IMG/VR virus record: IMGVR_UViG_3300017917_002434
Location: 62,001 to 126,000 of that record
DNA: 64,000 nucleotides
Direction: 5' to 3' (one strand)
Part shown: positions 55,137 through 64,000 of the stretch, in pieces
How the letters are laid out: every line of letters starts with the position of its first letter
How positions within the stretch are numbered: the first letter of the stretch is position 1
Translations under genes and position numbers: made by a program
The notes under the pieces: model-generated
What the model was told of the DNA's origin: nothing
Databases searched by the model: none
What the model saw: the letters and a program-made list of their open reading frames with translations, nothing else

Positions 55137-56933
55137 TTATAATACTAGAGCTTCTACTATTTTTATTCCTGTGTCATCTGATGATTCTAATGCGATGGCA
55201 AATACTTCAGTGTACTGATGGAAACTAGCATGAACAGCACAGCCATTATTTGATGCTACTAACCTATCTCCCTTCTTAATAGAACCAACTACTTTAACTG
55301 GCACACGGCCCTTTAAAGCTATATATGTTCCGTTTTCTAAATCTTCGTTCATTCTGAACGCTGGTTTCTCTGAAACCACGCCTATGGCTCTATCTCCAAA
55401 TTGTGCTTCTCTAACTTCTGCTGATCCGCCTATGGCTACAACGGTTCCTACTTCATAATCTTTATCTGCTAGATATTTTTCTGCTAAGTCAGCGTAACGT
55501 GAGCTAGTCGATGTACCATTAAAAAATCTAGCATTAATGTCAGCACCAGCTGTTCTTAAAACAACAGTATCTGGATCTTTATCTACTGATGGCAATCTAC
55601 CTTCAACGGCCTGTGTATTTGTTGAAGTACCGTTAAACAATACAGCACTAATAGTTCCAACAGCAGTTCTAATAGGTATTGATGCCGATCCTGGTAAAGC
55701 TAGATCGCTAGGATTATAGATATTCGCACCTACTTGTAATCTCGTAGCTGATATCGCAGACGACGCTTGACCTACTATAGGACCAGCAAATTCACCTTCA
55801 AATCGTCCGTAGAATGTTCTCGTATCAGCATCAAAAGAAATAACATTTGAATTGTCTCTAACACTACCCTTGTGTACTCCTGTGCTGTTACCAAGAACGT
55901 TGCCTTCAACATCACCAAATAAATGATTGGCAAAAATTTTGTTCCACTTCTTTCCAGCATATCCTAGATTATATTTGGATGTAGAACCTGGGAGTATACA
56001 AAATTCAGAATCGGGATCAGCAACATCAAAAATCTGTCTAGAGAAAATCATCATATCATCTTTATCGACGTTAGATCCTCCAGTACTGATTCTAACAAGA
56101 ATTTGACCATTAATCTGATTTTCTATAATAGGCTGTTGACCTACAGATGAATTAACATAAATTTTTAAATCTTTTCTTGTACTAGTTCCAACAGTTAGAC
56201 CTGCTTGAAAGCCGATAGTGTTATTAAATCCGCCCTCGATATCTGAGCGAATATAATTTGACGGAGACACTCCACCTAGTTTAAGAGCATCACTAGCTGT
56301 TCCCCAGAATACCTGTCCGGTACTCACGCCAGTAGAGTTTACGGAATTTAATGTAATACCTTTCTTGACCTGCCTGCCTGTTTCTGAAAAACCAGCGATA
56401 GTATTTGAAGTTGAAAGTGTAAAATCGTCATCATTGCTGAAAATAGCAGTAGTAACACCACCTACCACAGCACGTAATATAACATGGCTGGTATTGTTAG
56501 AGTCTTTTACTACCTGTGTAACGATCTGTGATGTACCGAATCCTGGGGCACTTTGAGGACCAATCAAAACAAAGTTAGATCCGTTCCAGGCCGATAATTG
56601 ATTAGTGTTAGTGTCAAACCAAAGATCGCCTGCGGTCAATCCAGGTGGCGGAGTTGAAGCAATCTCAGCACCGCTGGCTACCTTGAATTTTGTGCCATCG
56701 TAAAATTTTAATTTTTTGTTAACAGAATCAAACCATATCTGTCCTACAATAGGTTTAGAAGGCGGTATTGTATTTGCGAAATTTTCTAGTAAATGGAGGA
56801 AATTTTCGTTTTGTACTTCGCCGTAGCCCGTATAATTTCTACCTACAAACTTAAGATCTGTAGTATTGTCAATGGTGCCATCGGCAACATTCGTTAAAAA
56901 AGTTCCATTATATCTGTCTACGCGGTATGTCAT
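55137..56933 (-). CDS. Tail fibre protein with C-terminal YADLAE-type chaperone-like domain
   Basis: Shared fibre N-terminus; YADLAEKY...GVVSEKPA..MN...ALKGRVPVKV. Confidence 0.7.
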   Translation of the reverse strand: MTYRVDRYNGTFLTNVADGTIDNTTDLKFVGRNYTGYGEVQNENFLHLLENFANTIPPSKPIVGQIWFDSVNKKLKFYDGTKFKVASGAEIASTPPPGLTAGDLWFDTNTNQLSAWNGSNFVLIGPQSAPGFGTSQIVTQVVKDSNNTSHVILRAVVGGVTTAIFSNDDDFTLSTSNTIAGFSETGRQVKKGITLNSVNSTGVSTGQVFWGTASDALKLGGVSPSNYIRSDIEGGFNNTIGFQAGLTVGTSTRKDLKIYVNSSVGQQPIIENQINGQILVRISTGGSNVDKDDMMIFSRQIFDVADPDSEFCILPGSTSKYNLGYAGKKWNKIFANHLFGDVEGNVLGNSTGVHKGSVRDNSNVISFDADTRTFYGRFEGEFAGPIVGQASSAISATRLQVGANIYNPSDLALPGSASIPIRTAVGTISAVLFNGTSTNTQAVEGRLPSVDKDPDTVVLRTAGADINARFFNGTSTSSRYADLAEKYLADKDYEVGTVVAIGGSAEVREAQFGDRAIGVVSEKPAFRMNEDLENGTYIALKGRVPVKVVGSIKKGDRLVASNNGCAVHASFHQYTEVFAIALESSDDTGIKIVEALVL

Positions 56934-56953
56934 AGTTATTCGTCCAATTCACT

Positions 56954-56965
56954 GTATTTATCGCA
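56954..56965 (-). promoter_or_regulatory. Late promoter TGCGATAAATAC
   Basis: Reverse complement of GTATTTATCGCA, ~20 nt upstream of the fibre gene. Confidence 0.65.
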
Positions 56966-56971
56966 GTTTCT

Positions 56972-57460
56972 TTATTCGAAATTCTGCTTTTTTGCTATGA
57001 TTTCTTTCTCTTCGGCCTCTGAAACAAAGGTAAAAGCACCCGCATTAGACGAATAAGACTGTATCTGATCTTTATGATTTTGCTTGGCAGCATCTAGAAA
57101 CTCTTTCATAGCTGCGAATTCTGGCGTTTTTGCCATATCGCTCTTTTCTAACATATCAATTATTATGTTGATCTGCTTATGTATAGGATACTCAGTAAGT
57201 ATAGTAACGTTAGTATTATACTTTACATAAGATTCTGTGATCACTGGTTTATCTGCCCTAGATCTTACCTCACCTGTGGTGTAGTCTCCGTACCAATAAT
57301 CACCAGCATCTTCGTCAAGCTCTACCGTCTTAGTAACGAAGCTATCAAAATTTAACGCTGAGCGATCTGTATCGGGAGTTATTTCACCTATAAGAACACC
57401 AGTGCTTTTTATAAAAAGTAATTCTCTTGCTATTTTGGCCATTATCCTATCCTTCCCCAA
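56972..57460 (-). CDS. Hypothetical protein (possible fibre accessory)
   Basis: Lies between fibre genes; likely start MAKIAREL. Confidence 0.55.
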   Translation of the reverse strand: MGKDRIMAKIARELLFIKSTGVLIGEITPDTDRSALNFDSFVTKTVELDEDAGDYWYGDYTTGEVRSRADKPVITESYVKYNTNVTILTEYPIHKQINIIIDMLEKSDMAKTPEFAAMKEFLDAAKQNHKDQIQSYSSNAGAFTFVSEAEEKEIIAKKQNFE

Positions 57461-57939
57461 GCTAATACTAAACTGTATTTAGATTTTTCATTGGGTCCTA
57501 TTTCTGTAACTTCATGTTCTAAATGTAAAGGCATGTCTATCAGAGAACCCGGCTCCTCTTCTACTAGATGATCAACACCATGGTCATCATAATACTTAAA
57601 ATGTGGTTTATCACTGCGAAGAAAAATTAATTTAAACTTCCAATAACCGCCTATGCTGTCTTTATGTCTAAGCAGATAATCGCCCGGATCATATCTGTTG
57701 ATAGTCATACTAGTAATAAATCTCGAATCATCTGGAATCGTTCTAGTAATAGCAGACTTAAGATTATCATCCATGTTAAAATGAAATAAACTTTTTAATT
57801 TGCTGCTACCATAGGAAGTCTTAAAATTGTGTGTATCAGTTGAGGTGCGGTTAGAGAACTTATCGCTATGCTTTTCTGCTAGTTCGATAATTTCATCTAC
57901 GTTACTAACATAGTTTTTCACTAGTTTAACCTGAGACAT
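57442..57939 (-). CDS. 2OG-Fe(II) oxygenase
   Basis: INRY.PGD.L.RHKD (HxD), distal HEVTEI, KYSLV. Confidence 0.8.
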   Translation of the reverse strand: MSQVKLVKNYVSNVDEIIELAEKHSDKFSNRTSTDTHNFKTSYGSSKLKSLFHFNMDDNLKSAITRTIPDDSRFITSMTINRYDPGDYLLRHKDSIGGYWKFKLIFLRSDKPHFKYYDDHGVDHLVEEEPGSLIDMPLHLEHEVTEIGPNEKSKYSLVLAWGRIG

Positions 57940-59707
57940 ATTCCCAACTCGATTGTATTGTGTTAACTCGATAAATCAATAGATTGTTTCTCGACGGATT
58001 TGATACAGTTGTGGTAACCGAAACGTTACTAACAAATGAAACGCTGATCCAACTTCCTCTAGACACAGATGTCGATGTTGAAACGTTTTGTATAGTACTA
58101 GCAATATGTGCCAACGTTCCTACACGGAAGTTTAAGGGTGGTGCTAGTTGATTTAATAGACCTGCTACAGATCCCGGACCGGAACCAGTTGTTGACAAAC
58201 CATTAGTGTCTAAACTGAAGTACAGTGTTCTATTAGCTATCTGATCGTCAACATATTTTTTCGTGGCGGCATGTTTCTCATTGATCGGATCATCTACTAG
58301 TGTCAGATAACCGGTCATTATTCCACCAGCTTTAGCTACTCTAGTATCATCAACTACTTCTATATTAGCCGAACCGTCAAATGCTACACCGTTAATAAAT
58401 TTAGGCGATTGTAGTTTTGATGCTGTTTCTGCATTACCAACTAAAGAACCTGTAAATATTTTTGTTCCGGCATTGAACGCAAGTGTGTTATCACTAGCGA
58501 TAATATCACCTTTAACATCACCAACAACTTTATCTATTAGGATTAATAAATCTGTAGTTAAGTTTGTAAATGATCCAGATGCTCCTGTAAATGCTTTAGC
58601 TGAAGAATCAAAACATAGCGAACCATCTGCTGCTCTAACATCACCTTTTTGTGTACCTATATGTGTGCCATAAAATTCTTTTAGGCTACCGTCGAACATA
58701 ACTTGATCGTCTTCGGCTAATAAATCACCTTGAAGAGATCCTACTACGTTTCCAAATACATCTTTGGCGTGTATTTCCTTCCACTTTTTAACATTTGATC
58801 CTAGATTATAAATTTCAGTAGTATTAGGATCCATTCCTGCTTCTGAAAATATCGCGACATCGTTGTTAATAACTCCGTTCTTAATACGAATTTTCAGCGG
58901 ACCATTGAGCTGACTGGATATTACAACCTTGTTAAAATCTTCAACAAATATTTTTAAATCATTATCGTCGCCTACTGTAAACCCTGTATCGCCGAATGTA
59001 GATCCATTCATGCCTCTCATTACAAAATCAGCAGTAGTAAATCCAGAAAATTTATCCGAATTACTAGCTGTACCCCAATATCTATACTGGGTAGACGTTA
59101 CTCCACTGGCAGGTGTATCAACTAAAGTAAATCCTTTTCTGATCGTGGTAAAACCATCAATAGTATTGATAACGCCTATATCAAACTGATCATTACTGAT
59201 AACTGCGATAACTTTATCGTTATCAAAAACTTTAATTATAGGATATTCTACGTTGCTGTTATCCCTGATAGTTCCAGAACTTAGTTTTGTTTCGCCAAAA
59301 CCTACAGCTATTTCCGGTCCGATAATTTTATAATCCACACCATCCCAGATGTTTAATTGATCTAGTGCATCATTATACCACAGATTTCCTTTATCTTTAA
59401 CTGATAAACCCGTAGGAGCAGTCGCAGATACATCTGCCACTGCTACTGTTTTCCATGCCTGTGTATCATCATAGAACTTTAATTTATTGTTTAGTTCATC
59501 GTACCATATCTGGCCGATGATAGGTCTTCTAGGTGCTGCGAAACCTCTAAAGTTTTCTAACAAATGTAATACATTTTCATTTGTGACTTCGCCATACCCG
59601 GCATAGTTTTTGCCGATTAATTTCAAGTCACAGCTAGAACTATCAACCGTCTGATCGGGTACTTCTACAAAAAACGACCCGTTATATCTATCAATCTGGT
59701 ATGGCAT
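57926..59707 (-). CDS. Tail fibre protein
   Basis: Shared N-terminus; A.TA.KL...INGV.FDGS and HAATKKYVD fibre motifs. Confidence 0.75.
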   Translation of the reverse strand: MPYQIDRYNGSFFVEVPDQTVDSSSCDLKLIGKNYAGYGEVTNENVLHLLENFRGFAAPRRPIIGQIWYDELNNKLKFYDDTQAWKTVAVADVSATAPTGLSVKDKGNLWYNDALDQLNIWDGVDYKIIGPEIAVGFGETKLSSGTIRDNSNVEYPIIKVFDNDKVIAVISNDQFDIGVINTIDGFTTIRKGFTLVDTPASGVTSTQYRYWGTASNSDKFSGFTTADFVMRGMNGSTFGDTGFTVGDDNDLKIFVEDFNKVVISSQLNGPLKIRIKNGVINNDVAIFSEAGMDPNTTEIYNLGSNVKKWKEIHAKDVFGNVVGSLQGDLLAEDDQVMFDGSLKEFYGTHIGTQKGDVRAADGSLCFDSSAKAFTGASGSFTNLTTDLLILIDKVVGDVKGDIIASDNTLAFNAGTKIFTGSLVGNAETASKLQSPKFINGVAFDGSANIEVVDDTRVAKAGGIMTGYLTLVDDPINEKHAATKKYVDDQIANRTLYFSLDTNGLSTTGSGPGSVAGLLNQLAPPLNFRVGTLAHIASTIQNVSTSTSVSRGSWISVSFVSNVSVTTTVSNPSRNNLLIYRVNTIQSSWEYVSG

Positions 59708-59719
59708 TACTTGCTCCTA

Positions 59720-60091
59720 TTATTCTGTTATACTATCTGCGGCAGTCTGTCTTTGCTGCTCTAATTCTAAATATTCTTGCTCACTCAATGATGTTGATAT
59801 TCCTAACGCCTTCTCTCTCATATGTCGCAATACTTTCCAATCAGTGCGATTTAAAAATTCTCTATGTACACTGTTAGTGCTGTATGTAGATTTTGCCAAT
59901 GTCTGTTCGGCAGTTAACGCTTTTACTGTATTAGTAACGGTATCAAAATAATGTGTGTCAGAAACAATCTGATCATATTGCTCGTCAGTTATACCAACGA
60001 CCTGTACACTATTCGGTGTGTTTGGTTGATAATTTAATATCGCCGTTATTTGATTATTTTCTAAGCAGACGTAGTGCATTCTTAACTCCAA
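59720..60091 (-). CDS. Putative tail fibre assembly chaperone
   Basis: R.FL..TDWKVLRH...RQ.A motif; lies between fibre genes; start may be MHYVC. Confidence 0.6.
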   Translation of the reverse strand: MELRMHYVCLENNQITAILNYQPNTPNSVQVVGITDEQYDQIVSDTHYFDTVTNTVKALTAEQTLAKSTYSTNSVHREFLNRTDWKVLRHMREKALGISTSLSEQEYLELEQQRQTAADSITE

Positions 60092-61704
60092 ATAGCCAGC
60101 CAGTTAGCAGCTGGGGTTGATCTCTGTTCTGTATTCTGTACCCATACACGTATACGATCTCCGAGATTAGACCAAATACATCTCAAACTATCGTTACCAT
60201 CTACACCGCCAGCATAATGTATAACAGCGATTGATGGAATAAATGCTTTAAGATTAGACATTGTTTTACCAGCTGGTGGATAAACATCGAAAAAATTCGC
60301 ACCGTTGTTAAATGATCCAACTTGATTAGTAAATCCTGTAGTACTATATTGTGTATTTCCGTAGGTTATTGTATAATTTGTGGGAAATAAAGCAACAACT
60401 TCATTCTTAATAATCTGATCTCTATCATCGACATATTGCTTAGTAGCAGCACCCAATCCTGTGGTAGGATCGTTAGCGAGTACCAACGGACCTAGTAATG
60501 TTCCTCCTGTAGTAGGAAATTTAGTATTATCAAATATTGTAATACTAGATTGTCCGTTAAAAGAAACATTGTTTATCAAAACATCATTTAATAATCTTGT
60601 AGCCGTCGAAGCATTACCTGTAAAAGTTCCTGTAAATATTTTTGTGTTGCCATCGTAGGCTACAGAATTATCAGCAGCTAACAGGCTTCCTTTAAGATTA
60701 CCTATTACACTGCCTGTTAAAGAACCAGTTACGTCGCCGGTTACATCACCTATAACATTACCTAAAACATTTCCTGTAACATTACCGATAACATTTCCAG
60801 TGACTCCGCCCACTACTGGACCGGTGTGTGTTCCTACAGAATTTCCTGTTAGGTTAGCTACTACTGTATTGGCTGCGAAATTTCCCGATCCGTCTCTTAC
60901 AACAACAGTTCCTTGGACATTATTAGAAGATGCGTTCAATGTCCAAGAAATAGGTGCTGAACCGTCAAAGTCAGAGCCTGTTATATATGTTCCTGCTGTT
61001 AATTTGTTAGTGGTTGATGCTTTAACAGTAATATCGGTAGATCCATTGAATGCTACACCGTTAATATTTCTAGCAGTCGCTAATGCGTTTGCTGAAGTAG
61101 CATTACCAATAACATTACCGTTTAATGCTGATGTGCTAGAAAAGTTAATACCTTTTACAAATGAGGTAAATCCTACAATAGGTGATAAAGGACTAAACGC
61201 CCTATCAGCTACTATAGCTATAATAGCATCGTTTATCAGTGCTTTAATTACAGGAATATCGTTACCTAATGAATCAACAATTTTATCTGAGACAAATCTG
61301 GTATTTCCAAATCCTGCTACTGTTTCTGGACCAACAAATTGAAAATCTGTACCGTCGTACACATAAAATTTTCCAGAATCGCTGTCATACCAGCCATCGC
61401 CTTCCGATGGATCTACTGGTTCCGATGCTGATATTTTTGTACCGCCGACAAAATTCCAAGTAGAACCGGAATAAACTTTTATTTTTTTACTAACTGTGTC
61501 GTACCATATCTGTCCTGTCAACGGTTTGCCCGGAGCGATGCCGCTGGCGAAGTTTTCTAACAACCACACAAAATTTTCATTTTGTGTTTCGCCGTAACCG
61601 GCAAAGTTTTTTCCTACCAAATTTAAGTTGGTAGTAGAATCAAGAGTACCGTCTTCTAGTATTACTAGTCGTTCTCCGTTAAATTTGTTAATTTGATATG
61701 GCAT
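60082..61704 (-). CDS. Tail fibre protein
   Basis: Shared N-terminus; GNVxG repeats; AATKQYVD. Confidence 0.75.
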   Translation of the reverse strand: MPYQINKFNGERLVILEDGTLDSTTNLNLVGKNFAGYGETQNENFVWLLENFASGIAPGKPLTGQIWYDTVSKKIKVYSGSTWNFVGGTKISASEPVDPSEGDGWYDSDSGKFYVYDGTDFQFVGPETVAGFGNTRFVSDKIVDSLGNDIPVIKALINDAIIAIVADRAFSPLSPIVGFTSFVKGINFSSTSALNGNVIGNATSANALATARNINGVAFNGSTDITVKASTTNKLTAGTYITGSDFDGSAPISWTLNASSNNVQGTVVVRDGSGNFAANTVVANLTGNSVGTHTGPVVGGVTGNVIGNVTGNVLGNVIGDVTGDVTGSLTGSVIGNLKGSLLAADNSVAYDGNTKIFTGTFTGNASTATRLLNDVLINNVSFNGQSSITIFDNTKFPTTGGTLLGPLVLANDPTTGLGAATKQYVDDRDQIIKNEVVALFPTNYTITYGNTQYSTTGFTNQVGSFNNGANFFDVYPPAGKTMSNLKAFIPSIAVIHYAGGVDGNDSLRCIWSNLGDRIRVWVQNTEQRSTPAANWLAIWS

Positions 61705-61716
61705 GTCGCTCTTCCA

Positions 61717-63783
61717 TTATAGTAATCTTGTACCGTATGTTGAATACGGAATAGTGTATGGTGACGGATCTTCGACTAACGGTATTTCAACTGTCCATGT
61801 TAGTGTTGAAGAAATGTTTTCTAATTTTAAAACAATCAGTCCTCTTCTAACAAATAATAGAGGAGGTGCTTTAGCAGGAATCACTACGGGATTTTGTATA
61901 TCTAATACAACACCGTGTGGTGTTTCAGCACCGCCCGGTGTTTCAGATCCGTCGACTTCATACAAAGTAGAATAATTAATCGTAAAACTTTGCTGTGCGA
62001 TATCTTCCTGATAGTATCTAGTTGTTGCTATACGACACAGTGTATTCTCTTCGTACTCGTCTGGCGGACAAATTTGTGTCACAATAGCTATTATCTCTGG
62101 ATCAGTAAGTGGTTGTTCTGCTTGTGTACCTTGACCGCTATTAGTATTTTTTGTAATATCAAGTGTCAACGGTATGCTTCGGGTTCTTACTAAATTTGTA
62201 ACATATTTTTTAGATGTAGCTTCTTTTAATTGATCGGGGTCATTAACAGAAAGATAGGTATAACCTTCTTGCGTCTGATCAGGAGCACCTTCTCCCGAAG
62301 TGGCAATTCCCTGTAACTTAGGACTGCCGACGAACTCAACATCACCTAATGGTTCAAAAACTAAATTATTCGGATTAGCGGGGTCTCCATCTACATATGG
62401 TGTATTACGACCATTGTTAGAAATCCTATTGTCGTCGATAGTTATGTTGTCTGCTGTTAACGCTGTCTGCGATCCAAAACTTATCAGGCCCGGAGCGGCT
62501 GTAACTGCTGAAGATAATTCAATTGTCGTACCATTGTTTCTTAAAACTTCAACGCCGCCAATCTTGTAAGCACGGCTAGCAGGAATATCAATGTTCTCGC
62601 TGAAGTCCCAATCTTGCTCATCGGCTACTGCTGTCTCTGCTGCGTTCCATATGATAAAATGATCTGTGGTTCCTTTTAATACGATACCACCGCCATAGGC
62701 CTGAGCGTCTGTAAGGTTTGTATTGTCGGATTTTTTTCCTAGTTCTATATTTTTATCTTCTACTCTTAGTGTAGAAACATCGACACTGACCATGTTACCT
62801 AAGACTGTCAAATCTCCTGTGATTTCAACACTGCCGCCAATAGTGGTTAGGCTTAATGGATTCGACGGTGCTATCTCTATCGTATCATTACCGCTGCTGT
62901 TAGGTGTTATAACAAAATAATTTAATAGGTTACCAGATCTAGTCGCTCTAAAAGTAATTTTTCCGTCTTCGGAAGTATTTCTTAAAGTTACATCTCTAAA
63001 GTTTTCAACTGCTAATTGACCTTGAGGACCTGTTCCGAAAAATAAACCTTCATTATTCTGGATGGTTAAAGCTGCTGTTAGAACGTTAGCTAGATCCTTT
63101 CTTACGTATGAAGCTGAATCAACATCTCCTAATCTATCAGCATTATAAGTTGTTCCCTGCCATTTAAATGACGGATCTGCTGGATTAAATCCTATCTTAA
63201 TTAATGTATTAGGAATTGCTTCGCCGTTTTGATTAACAGTGTTATAATCAGATATAGGATTTCTTAAAGTAAATTCTTGAGCACTAAAATATCCCATCAA
63301 TCTTCCGGCATTATAAACACCAGAAATAATTTTATTTCGTCTATCTGAATCTTCTACGGTTTCAATTCTGAATCCGCTGATATTCTGAGATGAACTGTAG
63401 ATAGGAGCAACTAATACATCTTGATTGCCGTCAAAGAAAAATAACTGTGCTGTGGATGTATTGAACCAAAAATCTCCTGTGCTTATATCTAAAGGTCTGG
63501 CTATCGATAACGCAGCAGTACCTACAGATTTCCACTCATTGCCAGAATAAACTTTTATTCTATTTTCAGTAGTATCAAACCATAACTGGCCTAATAACGG
63601 TTGGCTAGGTTCTGCCTGGCCTGCGAAATTTTCTAATAAATGTACAAAATTTTCGTTAAGGTAATCTCCGAAGCCGCTAAAATTTTTACCTATTAAGGTT
63701 AAGTCAGTCGACCCTTGATCTATCTGACCGTCAGCTACGGTAGCAACTATCGATCCGTCTGTTTTGTTTACTGTATAGGCCAT
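61717..63783 (-). CDS. Tail fibre/baseplate-attached protein
   Basis: MAYTVNKTDG...LIGKN..G.G...NENFVHLLENFA...GQLWFD. Confidence 0.7.
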   Translation of the reverse strand: MAYTVNKTDGSIVATVADGQIDQGSTDLTLIGKNFSGFGDYLNENFVHLLENFAGQAEPSQPLLGQLWFDTTENRIKVYSGNEWKSVGTAALSIARPLDISTGDFWFNTSTAQLFFFDGNQDVLVAPIYSSSQNISGFRIETVEDSDRRNKIISGVYNAGRLMGYFSAQEFTLRNPISDYNTVNQNGEAIPNTLIKIGFNPADPSFKWQGTTYNADRLGDVDSASYVRKDLANVLTAALTIQNNEGLFFGTGPQGQLAVENFRDVTLRNTSEDGKITFRATRSGNLLNYFVITPNSSGNDTIEIAPSNPLSLTTIGGSVEITGDLTVLGNMVSVDVSTLRVEDKNIELGKKSDNTNLTDAQAYGGGIVLKGTTDHFIIWNAAETAVADEQDWDFSENIDIPASRAYKIGGVEVLRNNGTTIELSSAVTAAPGLISFGSQTALTADNITIDDNRISNNGRNTPYVDGDPANPNNLVFEPLGDVEFVGSPKLQGIATSGEGAPDQTQEGYTYLSVNDPDQLKEATSKKYVTNLVRTRSIPLTLDITKNTNSGQGTQAEQPLTDPEIIAIVTQICPPDEYEENTLCRIATTRYYQEDIAQQSFTINYSTLYEVDGSETPGGAETPHGVVLDIQNPVVIPAKAPPLLFVRRGLIVLKLENISSTLTWTVEIPLVEDPSPYTIPYSTYGTRLL

Positions 63784-63795
63784 TAAATCGCTCCA

Positions 63796-63999
63796 TTAAT
63801 CATTTGTAGGTCTACCGCTTCTAATAATATAATTCAATGTAATAAAAGGATTCATTACAGTGAAAGGTTTTCCTGTTTGTGAATCGGCAAAACCTGGTCT
63901 TCTCTTGTTCTCATCACTTACTTTTACTAGACCCGATGATGCCATTGCCTGTGCTCCGTTGGCAACAGTACCGCCCTCTATTCTTATATTAGAGATAGC
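63796..63999 (-). CDS. C-terminus of a tail-collar-type protein, truncated by window
   Basis: Reads ...PFTVMNPFITLNYIIRSGRPTND*, typical of the P...LNYII collar ending. Confidence 0.6.
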   Translation of the reverse strand, partial: AISNIRIEGGTVANGAQAMASSGLVKVSDENKRRPGFADSQTGKPFTVMNPFITLNYIIRSGRPTND

Positions 64000-64000
64000 A

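Noticed and set aside
60690-60830. Short tandem repeats resembling an array
   Set aside because: They encode G-N/D-V-x-G fibre repeats; there is no repeat-spacer structure and no cas gene.
1130-62920. Many antisense or alternate-frame ORFs in the track (e.g. 1130-1594, 2238-2666, 22339-22881, 26388-26801, 37090-37494, 47761-48222, 60800-61342)
   Set aside because: They lie wholly within well-supported genes, lack RBS or motifs, and are the expected shadows of biased codon usage.
1-64000. tRNA genes, CRISPR arrays, stop-codon reassignment, integrase
   Set aside because: Intergenic gaps are short with no cloverleaf or array seen. Known genes are full length in the standard code, and no recombinase motifs were found.

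Overview
This is a 64-kb slice of a large, AT-rich, T4-like (myovirus or jumbo-type) dsDNA phage genome using the standard genetic code. Spanins, ClpA, ErpA and a PBP7-like gene point to a Gram-negative, probably proteobacterial, host. The + strand (1-48.4 kb) runs in this order: baseplate/virion genes; host-like accessory genes (DnaE fragment, GroES, D,D-peptidase, cytidylyltransferase, clamp loader, dCMP deaminase, with phoH on the - strand); a lysis cassette; DnaJ-PDF-ClpA; an array of probable head-packaged, protease-processed proteins; a family-B DNA polymerase and probable clamp; a dispersed 7-deazaguanine DNA-modification region (DpdA-like, QueD/DpdL-like T-fold, glycosyltransferase, FolE, QueE, no QueC in the window) mixed with repair and nucleotide-salvage genes; RNase H; and ThyX. 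The - strand (48.4-64 kb) holds paralogous tail-fibre genes with an embedded 2OG-Fe(II) oxygenase, followed by four glycosyltransferase-like genes and a radical SAM gene. The strongest leads are: (1) a QueC-less deazaguanine pathway with a linked glycosyltransferase; (2) the array of proteins with capsid-targeting-like N-termini; (3) tandem 5-bp/8-nt hairpins at the polymerase ribosome-binding site; (4) a putative virion-glycosylation operon. No tRNA, rRNA, CRISPR array, intron or integrase was seen. All assignments come from motif recognition by eye; no searches were run.
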